Positions 29,817 to 39,318 of a DNA stretch of 64,000 bases are shown in pieces. Below the pieces are notes generated by a model. It saw only the letters and a program-made list of their open reading frames with translations, did no database searches and was not told the origin of the DNA. The position numbers and the translations under genes were made by a program. Numbering within the stretch: the stretch's first letter is position 1; the number at the start of each line of letters is the position of its first letter. The stretch comes from a bacterium (GTDB lineage: Bacteria; Electryoneota; AABM5-125-24; Hatepunaeales; Hatepunaeaceae): positions 8,792 through 72,791 of the forward strand of contig JAIPJL010000001.1 in assembly GCA_021734165.1 (NCBI GenBank). The letters run 5' to 3'.

Positions 29817-31682
29817 TCACCGGATTAATTCCACCTTCTGATACCTTACAAATTTATCGCTCTTCAATGAAACGAAATAACTGCCGGACGGCAAAAACCC
29901 GCCATCAAGCATAACTGAATGTTTACCTGTATTAAACCATTTTGAGTCCTCCTTTATTAGTTCACGTCCGTTGATATCGTAAAGTACAATTGTTATCGGT
30001 TGACTGAGCGGATTGAAAAAATCTATGTTCAGTTTAGAATTGAAAGGATTTGGATATGATGAAAACATCTCAAAATCATCAAGTACTGCATATTGTCTGA
30101 ACGAAATAGCGTTTTCATGGTGAAAGTAAAATCTACCTATATCCGCTCTCGTACTGTCCGGATCAAGTGGACTTTCAGGATCACCGGCATCGATACAGGG
30201 CGATCCACGTTGTAGTAATAATAAATCAGGGAACGCAAAAGCCAATAGAGGATCTTCTGTTATGTTGGATTCCTCCAATTCAAATTGAAAATCATTACGC
30301 CTATTAAAGTCGGATAATAAATTATCATAACCCCAAATGCAATTATAGCTAATATCTGGAATGTTTTCCTGCTGATTGAGGGAGAACCAGAAAACTGCGT
30401 TACAGCTTTCCGGACTGAAAAATATGTTATTCACAATCTTGTAATCACACTCTCTGGCTGAAAAACGTATAGCTTGCTCATCTGCGCTATCAGTAATAAT
30501 AGTATTATTAGTAAAAATCACATCTCCAGAACCTCTTGTAAATATATATGGTGAGCCGTAAATCGTGTTTCTTTCAATTATTGTAGTTGTTATCGCATCT
30601 TCCCAAGGTATCCTGAAGAAAAATGCATACTCATCATCATAGGAATTAAAAATATCACATTCTCTGAAATATAATGTTTCACTCTCATCATTCTGTATTC
30701 TGACACTCCCAATCACATGATTGTTTTCAAATCTTGTTGAGTCGTAGTATCGGAAGTCCACAGATCCGCCTATGTAATTATTAGTAATATCAGCGCCATT
30801 TACTATTGTTCCTGATAAGCCTCCACTTATTATATTGTTATAAATTCTTAACCTTCCACCGGATGTACCAAGAATAACATTTCCCTGAATATAACAATCA
30901 AGCATAACACTTGGATTAATATAAACCGTTACGGAATCATTGGGAGATAAAAAGCGGCAATTACGGAATGAAGAACCCAACCAAGCATCAACGGAACCTA
31001 TAATTGTGCAACTATCGAGGATAGTTGCACCAAAAGATCCATTAAAAATTCCCCATTCTTCGCCTGATCCTGTCCTAATATAGCTGTTTATTGCGAAAAA
31101 TCCTGCACACCTAAAAGCTATCCTACTATTTCCGGTAATGTGGCATTTGTTGATCTCATAGTGATCCCTTTCATTTACATTTAGACTTCTAATTGGTCTA
31201 TTATCACTTTGAATGGTGCAGTTATTCAGAAAGATAGTAACCTCATTACTCGAAAGAATAGCATTTATATTATTTCTTATTGCGCAATAATTGAATGTAT
31301 AATCAAAGTCTTGATTACTAATAGTAATTCCTCGCCAAAGCAGATCTTCTTCCTGGGATAAAAACCTGACCGAGTCTTCTTCAGTTCCATTTACAGTTAA
31401 TCCGCCGGATGCAGTTAGACCAAGGCTGTCCGCAAACAGCACCTCCACTCCTGGACCAATCCTCAGTTCTTCATTCTCAGGTATCCATGTCGAGTCAATG
31501 ACGATATACGGGCTGCCTTCAACCGTCCATTCACCCGACACTTCACTTGAGACCTCTGTTTGGGCGAAGGTTTTTAAGGGGAAAAAGGCAAGAAATATTG
31601 CAAGAATAATCATGGTGTACCTAAATTCAACACAAAGCACATAATAAATCCTTGAAAAAGGTTCACTTCTTAAAAACAACAT
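29817..31682 (-). CDS. Secreted right-handed parallel beta-helix (pectate-lyase-fold) protein with a T9SS C-terminal sorting domain
   Basis: Signal peptide. Repetitive N..I.GN/NN..I.G beta-helix rungs. C-terminal YPNPFNSKLNIDF...VSLKSDKFVRYQKVELIR, a Por_Secre_tail-like domain. Confidence 0.7.
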   Translation of the reverse strand: MLFLRSEPFSRIYYVLCVEFRYTMIILAIFLAFFPLKTFAQTEVSSEVSGEWTVEGSPYIVIDSTWIPENEELRIGPGVEVLFADSLGLTASGGLTVNGTEEDSVRFLSQEEDLLWRGITISNQDFDYTFNYCAIRNNINAILSSNEVTIFLNNCTIQSDNRPIRSLNVNERDHYEINKCHITGNSRIAFRCAGFFAINSYIRTGSGEEWGIFNGSFGATILDSCTIIGSVDAWLGSSFRNCRFLSPNDSVTVYINPSVMLDCYIQGNVILGTSGGRLRIYNNIISGGLSGTIVNGADITNNYIGGSVDFRYYDSTRFENNHVIGSVRIQNDESETLYFRECDIFNSYDDEYAFFFRIPWEDAITTTIIERNTIYGSPYIFTRGSGDVIFTNNTIITDSADEQAIRFSARECDYKIVNNIFFSPESCNAVFWFSLNQQENIPDISYNCIWGYDNLLSDFNRRNDFQFELEESNITEDPLLAFAFPDLLLLQRGSPCIDAGDPESPLDPDSTRADIGRFYFHHENAISFRQYAVLDDFEMFSSYPNPFNSKLNIDFFNPLSQPITIVLYDINGRELIKEDSKWFNTGKHSVMLDGGFLPSGSYFVSLKSDKFVRYQKVELIR

Positions 31683-31883
31683 CTATTCCATGTACTATGG
31701 TTAATCTAAACCTGAAAATCAGCTTTAGCAAGACACTTATTCAATAAATAATTACTATGTAGTACTAATCTGCTTCATCTGTTGTATCTGATTAGAAAAA
31801 ATCTTTCTAATTTATAACTATAATACAAAATCCATAGTTATAAATAATTAAATCCTGATAATCCTGTCTATCCTTGTTAAGCA

Positions 31884-31975
31884 TTCCGTCACGTTCCGTC
31901 ACATTTCCGTCACACCATCTAACCCATACCCAGTATGTCTTTCCGGCGATTCTGTGACGATGTGACGATAATTTT
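31884..31975 (+). repeat. Copy B of the GTCAC/GTGAC intergenic repeat family
   Basis: ttccgtcacgttccgtcacatttccgtcacaccatctaaccc - 28 bp - gtgacgatgtgacgataatttt. Confidence 0.55.
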
Positions 31976-32012
31976 GCCTACCCGGAATCTTTGTCGAAAA
32001 TTGCGTCGAGAT

Positions 32013-32041
32013 TTGACTTTTATAGAAAAATGTTGTATATT
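32013..32041 (+). promoter_or_regulatory. Near-consensus sigma70-like promoter (TTGACT-N17-TATATT), orphan on the + strand, followed by a possible short transcript ending at the hairpin at 32114-32133
   Basis: TTGACT at 32013-32018 and TATATT at 32036-32041 with a 17 nt spacer. No + strand ORF of 60 aa or more lies downstream. The stem-loop gacaagca-ttct-tgcttgtc lies about 75 nt further on. Confidence 0.35.
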
Positions 32042-32181
32042 GTCACTATGTCACATGACGAACTTTGCTCTTTAAATCACAGGCAGAGACGCCTACGCTA
32101 CGTTTATGGTTTTGACAAGCATTCTTGCTTGTCCTACTGTTAACAAACCCTTCTTTCTAACTTTCTTACTTGTTTCCTTTC

Positions 32182-34461
32182 TCACTTAATAAGCGTCACC
32201 GCTCTGCTTATTATACCATTCGAGTGCCTGATCTGAACCAGGTAATTGCCTGATGGATTATCAAGAGCAGACCAAGATAAACTGTGCTGTCCGGCTGTGA
32301 ATTCATTGTCAGCGATGGTATCGATAAGCCTGCCAGATAGATCGAAGACTTCGACGGATACCTTACCGCTGCGTTCCATGGAGAAGCCTATATTTACGTT
32401 GCTGTTAAAAGGATTAGGATATGGGTTGACAACACTGAAATCGGTCGGAGTCTGATCCTGAATCGGTACATGGGAGTAAATCTCTTCAAATAATCCTTCA
32501 CCCTGCACTGCGTACCAGCGTTTGTCTATTTCCACATCGTAATAACGGTCAACGTCTCCTCCAACCCAGGTTACGACCAGTGAATCACAGTTTTCGTTAT
32601 CACCCAGTCCGAAGTGCATACAGATCATGTTCTGGCTGCCCTGGGAACCGGTTCCGCCCTCAACCTGTCTTAAATAGTGATCATCACCGCAGTGAACTGT
32701 GGCTTGCGTGCCGAATGCCGCTTTGTTGGCAGTAACGCCGCGCGCTTCGATCTGAAGCCAATGCCCCACTTCGCAGTTATTCTGGAATAAACCGTCCGTA
32801 CCGCCAATCGCAAGATCGAGGTCACCGTCATGGTCGTAATCGCACCAGGTTGCAGCATCTGAGTTATAGCATTTGGTTTGGAAACCGAGTTCGTAGTTGA
32901 CATTGCTGAACGTATCATCGCCGTTATTGCGATACATGAAAGGCTGTCGTCCTGGATAAGTTGCAGAGATAAACAAATCCTGCAAACCGTTGTTGTCGTA
33001 ATCACCCCAGGCAGGGCAGAAGACCGTTTCACAGTAGGCGATACCGGAACCTTCGCGGATGTCTTCAAATGTGTAATCAGGATGACCACTGTTTTTGCAT
33101 AGCATGACTTTATCCTGGTAGTCAAGCCCCCAGGGATGCGCAAAGTTACCGACCAGCAGATCAAAGTCAAGGTCGTTATCATAGTCCGCCCAGGCGGAGC
33201 CGATTGTATGACCGTAAGAACCCCGCTGGTTATAGCCCTGCAACCCGCCGCGTTCGTTAGCTTCGTTTTCAAACTCCAGATCGCCCTGGTTGACCCAGAG
33301 GTAATTCGGCTGCAGCCGGTAGTTAGAGATATAGACGTCCATGTCGTGATCCATATCGAAATCGCACCAGGCAACGCTCCTGCCGTAGTAACGGAGTCGC
33401 TGGAGTTCATCCGGCGTTATCTCGTAAAAGATTCTGTCGCGCGGATCGAAAGCGAAGAAGTAATCGCAATAATGTACGAAATTATTATTGATCTCATACT
33501 CTGAGTTGGCTATGTAAATTTCAAGACATCCATCTCCATTCGCATCACCCCAGCCACAACCCGCAGTTGGATTGTAGCCGTAGTTGAACCAGTATTCGTC
33601 ATTAACCATGTCAAAAGTGCCGTCACCGTTGTTGCGGTAAAGCCTATCCTCCGCGTCATCTCTGCTGTTACCGGCGTAGAAATCGAGCCAGCCATCATTG
33701 TCAAAGTCTCCCCAAGTGCCTGTTCCACCCGGATTGTCTTCGAGAATGCCTGCTTCTTCGGATATGTATTCAAACGTCCCGTCACCGTTGTTTCTGTAAA
33801 GTGTTTTCCCGCTGACGAGTAAGTCTTCCCAACCGTCGTTGTTGTAATCACCCCAGGCATGGTTTCCCAATCTATGGATTCCGATGTCTGCGGAGACATT
33901 GACAAAGGGAAATTCTTCTATTTCATCGAAGTACTCGACAGTTGCCCTGACCATGAAATTCCCATTGATAGTGTGCCAGAGATCTCTTCCGAGACTTGCG
34001 TTATATGTCCAGAGATGGGAGCGCTGCTCGAAGTCATTTTCGGAGTTATCGACCAATATGGTTGGACCGCCTTCACTACAGACAATCCCAACATGGAAGT
34101 CCTGCGGAGGATTAAATGTTAGTCCGGCTTCAGTTAAGTCAACCTCAATCCATGTATTACCAGATTCGACTTCGATTTCCATTGGATCGACCAGGTCGTT
34201 GTTCTGGTCCGGTTCGTGAGCGCCGTTATCGCCCCAGACGTGCAGGTTGATTGTTCCTGAATCTGTTAAATACAACCTGACTGACAGCAGACTGCATGGG
34301 TGAACGGGTGAGAAACTGACGCCTTCCATGTTTTCTTCGTCCAAATCCTGAAAAGAACCGTGTGCGTTACCGTTGTCGTAGATCAGTTCAACAGGATCGG
34401 CAAATGAATTTGTGATAGTAAGCAGCAATGCAAGTATAATCAGTAAAAATGTTTGTTTCAT
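32182..34461 (-). CDS. FG-GAP/VCBS-repeat (CRTAC1/ASPIC-UnbV-like) secreted protein with a T9SS C-terminal sorting domain
   Basis: Repeated YRNNGDGTF / WGD(F/Y)DNDG FG-GAP motifs. C-terminal NPYPNPFNSNVNIGF...VTLIK. Confidence 0.75.
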   Translation of the reverse strand: MKQTFLLIILALLLTITNSFADPVELIYDNGNAHGSFQDLDEENMEGVSFSPVHPCSLLSVRLYLTDSGTINLHVWGDNGAHEPDQNNDLVDPMEIEVESGNTWIEVDLTEAGLTFNPPQDFHVGIVCSEGGPTILVDNSENDFEQRSHLWTYNASLGRDLWHTINGNFMVRATVEYFDEIEEFPFVNVSADIGIHRLGNHAWGDYNNDGWEDLLVSGKTLYRNNGDGTFEYISEEAGILEDNPGGTGTWGDFDNDGWLDFYAGNSRDDAEDRLYRNNGDGTFDMVNDEYWFNYGYNPTAGCGWGDANGDGCLEIYIANSEYEINNNFVHYCDYFFAFDPRDRIFYEITPDELQRLRYYGRSVAWCDFDMDHDMDVYISNYRLQPNYLWVNQGDLEFENEANERGGLQGYNQRGSYGHTIGSAWADYDNDLDFDLLVGNFAHPWGLDYQDKVMLCKNSGHPDYTFEDIREGSGIAYCETVFCPAWGDYDNNGLQDLFISATYPGRQPFMYRNNGDDTFSNVNYELGFQTKCYNSDAATWCDYDHDGDLDLAIGGTDGLFQNNCEVGHWLQIEARGVTANKAAFGTQATVHCGDDHYLRQVEGGTGSQGSQNMICMHFGLGDNENCDSLVVTWVGGDVDRYYDVEIDKRWYAVQGEGLFEEIYSHVPIQDQTPTDFSVVNPYPNPFNSNVNIGFSMERSGKVSVEVFDLSGRLIDTIADNEFTAGQHSLSWSALDNPSGNYLVQIRHSNGIISRAVTLIK

Positions 34462-34741
34462 CTTAAACCTCCGTATGTATTTTTAAATACTAAAGAACTT
34501 CAAAATCTAAAATAAAAGCGTGGCACAGTCAGCACTGTTAATCTGAGCAAAGCGAAGAAGCTCCTTCATTATCCCGCCCCCCCTACTACTCAGTTTGTGC
34601 GGGAATATGTAAAATCGCCAGAACTGTCATTCCTGCGCAGGCAGGAATCTAAAAGGGTTATGTACTTAATAATTAAGCAGATATGGATTCCGGCTTTCGT
34701 CGGAACGACACACTATCGCAATATTTCAAAGAACTCATTAT

Positions 34742-37700
34742 TTATTTCAAAAGAACTATCTTCCTCTCCAGCTTTGTGTCCCCCGCATCCAATCTCACAA
34801 TATACTGCCCGGCAGCGAGGGTCTCGGCATGTAAAGTCAGTTGATGGCTGCCTGCGACGACCTTTTTGTTAGCCAATTGCCTGACCAATCGTCCCGTTAC
34901 ATCATAAAGCGCGATTTTGACTTTTCCGTCTGATTTGGCAGTGTAGCTTATCATCGTCTGTGAGTTGAACGGATTGGGGTATATGCTGTCTATTGTGTAA
35001 TCAGACGGCTGAGTAGTTTTACTTTCCCTTGATCCCGGTACGCTCAGGTGTTCGTCATCAACGCGCTGGCAATACAAATCGTAATAACCGTTTTTCCCTG
35101 AACCGCGAGCATCTAGCCAGGAAACCACGATTCCCGATTCTCCTCCTTCGGTAAGAATCGCTGCCATGGCTGTAATTTTATTCAACCCGGTTTCACAGAT
35201 GGGATTTCCACCTTCGGACCAGGATTCGTAAAATTCACCATCCGGATTGAAATGAATTCCATAAATATCATAGCCTCGCATGGAACGATAGTCTTTCCAA
35301 ACTACCCACAAACCTCCATTATGATCGGTCTTAACATCAAAATCTTCCTGGAGACTTTCAAAATCTATGACTGGTCTGCCATCCTCGCCGAACAGCAATT
35401 CTGGCGCTCCGCCACTTGGATCTATTTTCTGCATAATTATATCATTCGTGCATTCCCACAGTACCCAAATGAAACCATCACTATCAACTACAGTTTTTGG
35501 GGAATGCTGGAATTCGATAGATCCACAGATCATGGTTCCATTATCATCCCACCGGAGCTCGCCATCCGCTTCAATAAATTGACCGTAAATACCGTCCTGA
35601 TCTTGAACTCGCCTGTCATCCCATACGAAAAAGAAGCCTTCAGGATGCCACACAACCTGAGGATCGCGTTGCCTTTCCTGAGAACTGCAAAGGATTATTG
35701 GTTCGTCTCCCCAGAGCGGATTCCCCTCAGCATCCAATCTTTGGGCACGCAACTGCATGTTGCGATCCTCTGTCTGAAGTCTCCAGACGATGACAGCACC
35801 CCCCTCCCCATCGCCAGCGATCTGCACATCTTTCTCCTCAGGCTCGGAGGACGTAATTCTCTCGCCGATTTCTCCCCAGAGCCTCTCGCCCTCAGCGTTG
35901 ATTCGCTGTGCATAAATATCATCTGCAGAAACAACCCACGCAACTATTACACCTTCATTCCCATCAGTGCAGATAACAGGATCATCCTGATCGTACTCGT
36001 AGTCAGACACCATAATCCCCTCGGGAGCCCACAATAATTCTCCCTCGCACGAAATGCGTTGTGCCAAGATATTACTCCAGGTATAGCCATCAGGATTGTC
36101 TCCCCACACGATAATAACACCACCGTCACCATCCTGTATCCCACTCAGGTGTTCGGAACCCATAACATCCCCTTCTACTGCCGCTATACCGTCATCTTCA
36201 AATTCGAAAAAAACTGAATCGCCAGCATCATGTCCAAACTGCACATAAGGACGCGCACTATGCACACCTTTTATCTGTTCAATCCATGCAGCAGCGAAAT
36301 TTCCCTCACCGAAACCCACTATGATTTGCTCGCTGATACCCTCGTCAAAGCCAGTGATAAACTCCATACCTTCACCGTCCCACTCAAATTCACCATCAAG
36401 ATCAATATATTGCATTCTGACTTTTTCGATTTGATCTGACTCGTCGCTCCATACAACAGAACACCTATTTCCACCAAGCTGATTAACTACCGGGAAGCCC
36501 TGAAAATACTCCCCGCCCTGAATTAAGATGCCGTTCTCCTCCCACACCGTTTCACCATCATTGTTGATTCGCTGCGCGAAAACATCGTCACGATTTTCAT
36601 CATAATCCCTTCTATACGACCATACGATATATACACCGCCTTCGTTATCAGGGCAAAGCTTGGGTTCACATAGCAAATCCTGTATTTCGTAATCTGTCGT
36701 CATAGCCGGAACTCCACCTTCTGAATCCCAATCGAGGGAGAGTTCATCTTCACCCGATATGCGCATCGCATAGATGCCGAGAATGACACTATTCTCAGCA
36801 AACTCGCTCCAGCATAACACTGACTGCCCCTGACCCATTGTGATGATATTTAATTTGCGTTGATCACCGTCAGCTATGCAGACAGGCGCGCCTTCTTCAC
36901 CCCAGATAAGTTCACCATCGGGGTTTATTCGCTGGGCATAGATATCATTACCTGTTTCCTCAGTGTTTCTCGAATCAACCCAAACAACAATAACACCCCC
37001 GGCTCCATCTGTGCAAAGTTTTGACCAGCGTTGATGAGAATTATTATCACACGCAATAATTCCCTGATCATCACCCCAAAGCAACTCCCCCGCCGCAGAT
37101 ACTCTCTGTAACTGGATATCGTAGGATGCCTGCCTTGAACCACCCGTCCAACTGTATATTATACCTCCATCACCATCGCTAATCGCATCGTCCCATTGTA
37201 GAGGCATCCCTTCTTCTGACCAATCGGGATCGGGACGTCCATCTGCTGTGATGTGATGTACGAACCGATCTATAATATGAGTGAATGTTCGCTTTATGAA
37301 AATGAAGCAACCACCCTCGCCATCATCTATTATCTTCTCACAAAGGTATTCACGTTCATCTTCAAGAATCAATAACCCACCCTCATCCGCTCCCCAAACA
37401 GCTTCACTGTCCTCTGTAACCTTAGTACAATATAGATCACCTTCCCAGTTATTTCTGCGATCGCTCCAAAATAAGTACCATCCACCATCAGAGGAAGCTC
37501 CAATCATCGGAACATCTACGCTGGATGTTAGATCCAAAACTTGCAGCCCCTCATCAGGGAATTTCATCTCACCCTCAGGATCTATAACCTGCAACACTAT
37601 CCCTCTATAACCGGATCGTGCATCAGTCCAGACATAGCCTACTTCACCGACAAGTTCTCCTTCATTACGACGAACTCCATTCGGGTTCCATTCTGTATGC

Positions 37701-37825
37701 AAACTCAGTCTAACAGGAACGCCATTTTCCGGCTGCCAGCGTCGAAAATCGTTCTGGGCGAAGACTGTTGTAAATGTGAATAGGATGAATATGAAAGTTG
37801 CTGATTTCTTTATATTGTGATGCAT
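34742..37825 (-). CDS. Large secreted tandem-repeat protein (about 10 copies of a ~50 aa repeat) with a T9SS C-terminal sorting domain
   Basis: Signal peptide. Repeats of the form G..IV.W.D.R...DIYAQRI..(D/E)GE..W...G. C-terminal SIYPNPFNSQTMISY...KIVLLK. Confidence 0.7.
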   Translation of the reverse strand: MHHNIKKSATFIFILFTFTTVFAQNDFRRWQPENGVPVRLSLHTEWNPNGVRRNEGELVGEVGYVWTDARSGYRGIVLQVIDPEGEMKFPDEGLQVLDLTSSVDVPMIGASSDGGWYLFWSDRRNNWEGDLYCTKVTEDSEAVWGADEGGLLILEDEREYLCEKIIDDGEGGCFIFIKRTFTHIIDRFVHHITADGRPDPDWSEEGMPLQWDDAISDGDGGIIYSWTGGSRQASYDIQLQRVSAAGELLWGDDQGIIACDNNSHQRWSKLCTDGAGGVIVVWVDSRNTEETGNDIYAQRINPDGELIWGEEGAPVCIADGDQRKLNIITMGQGQSVLCWSEFAENSVILGIYAMRISGEDELSLDWDSEGGVPAMTTDYEIQDLLCEPKLCPDNEGGVYIVWSYRRDYDENRDDVFAQRINNDGETVWEENGILIQGGEYFQGFPVVNQLGGNRCSVVWSDESDQIEKVRMQYIDLDGEFEWDGEGMEFITGFDEGISEQIIVGFGEGNFAAAWIEQIKGVHSARPYVQFGHDAGDSVFFEFEDDGIAAVEGDVMGSEHLSGIQDGDGGVIIVWGDNPDGYTWSNILAQRISCEGELLWAPEGIMVSDYEYDQDDPVICTDGNEGVIVAWVVSADDIYAQRINAEGERLWGEIGERITSSEPEEKDVQIAGDGEGGAVIVWRLQTEDRNMQLRAQRLDAEGNPLWGDEPIILCSSQERQRDPQVVWHPEGFFFVWDDRRVQDQDGIYGQFIEADGELRWDDNGTMICGSIEFQHSPKTVVDSDGFIWVLWECTNDIIMQKIDPSGGAPELLFGEDGRPVIDFESLQEDFDVKTDHNGGLWVVWKDYRSMRGYDIYGIHFNPDGEFYESWSEGGNPICETGLNKITAMAAILTEGGESGIVVSWLDARGSGKNGYYDLYCQRVDDEHLSVPGSRESKTTQPSDYTIDSIYPNPFNSQTMISYTAKSDGKVKIALYDVTGRLVRQLANKKVVAGSHQLTLHAETLAAGQYIVRLDAGDTKLERKIVLLK

Positions 37826-37912
37826 GATATTCTCCTGTCTGTTGAAAGTTTAGAGTTCACGCTTCAGCGTGTTCCAACAGACTGAGGGCTGAACTCTGAA
37901 TAATTTATTTCA

Positions 37913-39031
37913 CTATAACGTTCTATCTTTCCATTTCACTTTCCCAACCATTGACAAAGGCAATAAAATAGTAAAAATCAACGGGGATACAATTTCCGCT
38001 AAAAACCAGGATAATAACCAATCATGTTCACGTAATAACCTGGCGCCGCGTGATAATGCCAGCCCGTCGATGCATGCTTTCGCTCCCCAGACCGCTGCAA
38101 TGGTACCCGGATCATAACTGCCGTACGCTGCCATTATTGCCGTAATTATCAGCAGAGGATTGAAAGCGTATAGAAAAATCCCGATAGCAATAAGAGCGGG
38201 ATTGTATCGTTTGCCTGCCGAATAATGACGGCGTTTCATTTGCCACCAGCCCCTCAGCGTCTGTTGTCCCAGGGCAGGCACGAACGATCGCGGATCGATG
38301 TTGAATACAGCATTGCCGCCGTTTTTCACGATGCGCTGTAATAACAAGTCATCATCTCCTGAAGCAGTTGTTAATCCTGACCCAAATCCTCCGACTTTGT
38401 TAAAAGCAGTCCTAAGATAAGCGAAATTACGCCCGACAGAACTGCTGGCTTTCCCAAGTCCGAGAGTGCCGGCGGAGATTACAGCGTTTATAAAACCGTC
38501 GAAATGAACCAGAGAGCTGATTAATCCAATCTCATGGAGTGGTGAATGACCAACCACAGCATCTGTGTCCGGCTTAAAACATCCTGTCATACTCCTCAGC
38601 CATCCATGAGGAGGCTGGCAGTCGGCGTCGGTGGTCAGGATTATATCTCCGGTCGAAGCATTAATTCCCGTAAGAAGTGTATGTTTTTTTGGTGCAACTC
38701 CCGCTGGTGCCGGCTCAGCCTGTAATAATCTGAATCCGGGCGTTGTATTAATAAACTCTTCAATGATTTCGGCAGTGCGGTCAGTTGAATTATCATTAAT
38801 GATTATATATTCTCGCAGATCGGAGGGGTAATTCTGCTCAGACAGCGCTTTAAGGCATTTCAGAATGTTTTGTTCTTCATTACGTGCAGCCACAAGTACG
38901 CTTACACTCGGCAGAGAGGCGCTCGATACACGTCGTAACCTGCCGAGTCCAATTGCCAGAAGAAACACAGCAACAACCCAGACAGATCCGCAGAATAGAA
39001 GCAGATAGAAGGTGATTGTGGTTAGCGTCAA
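37913..39031 (-). CDS. Family 2 glycosyltransferase, a paralogue of the one at 22878-24029
   Basis: VSVLVAARNEEQNI...IINDNSTDRT, TDADC and a QxxRW-like motif. The TM topology is the same as in the paralogue. Confidence 0.8.
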   Translation of the reverse strand: MTLTTITFYLLLFCGSVWVVAVFLLAIGLGRLRRVSSASLPSVSVLVAARNEEQNILKCLKALSEQNYPSDLREYIIINDNSTDRTAEIIEEFINTTPGFRLLQAEPAPAGVAPKKHTLLTGINASTGDIILTTDADCQPPHGWLRSMTGCFKPDTDAVVGHSPLHEIGLISSLVHFDGFINAVISAGTLGLGKASSSVGRNFAYLRTAFNKVGGFGSGLTTASGDDDLLLQRIVKNGGNAVFNIDPRSFVPALGQQTLRGWWQMKRRHYSAGKRYNPALIAIGIFLYAFNPLLIITAIMAAYGSYDPGTIAAVWGAKACIDGLALSRGARLLREHDWLLSWFLAEIVSPLIFTILLPLSMVGKVKWKDRTL

Positions 39032-39318
39032 AGTAAATGTAGTTTCTATGTCATTGAGTAAACAAACGTTATAATTTCAATATATAACAACATTAACGTA
39101 TTAGCAACATTACTGTTCAGATGGTTAAATAATTATAGGGAGAAAACAAAAGAAAAATTAACTAATCATGTTCATAATTGCTTTTATCAGAATGCTATTC
39201 ACAAGCCGTTTGGTTGCATTCTATACCCATCCTTGTTATATTTGTAACAAGGGATTTTGTCTTTAGAATCTCTATTATCCATAAGTAATAACAGCTAAAT
39301 AGGAAACACGCTTTAGTA

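Noticed and set aside
32670-33905. ORFs of 246, 122 and 131 aa overlapping the FG-GAP T9SS gene
   Set aside because: They are Thr/Ser/Ile-rich shadow frames produced by the repetitive GAT/GGT-rich coding sequence of the real gene.
35252-36037. A 261 aa + strand ORF inside the 1027 aa repeat-protein gene
   Set aside because: It is an antisense shadow ORF of a repeat-rich gene. It lacks a start context and motifs.
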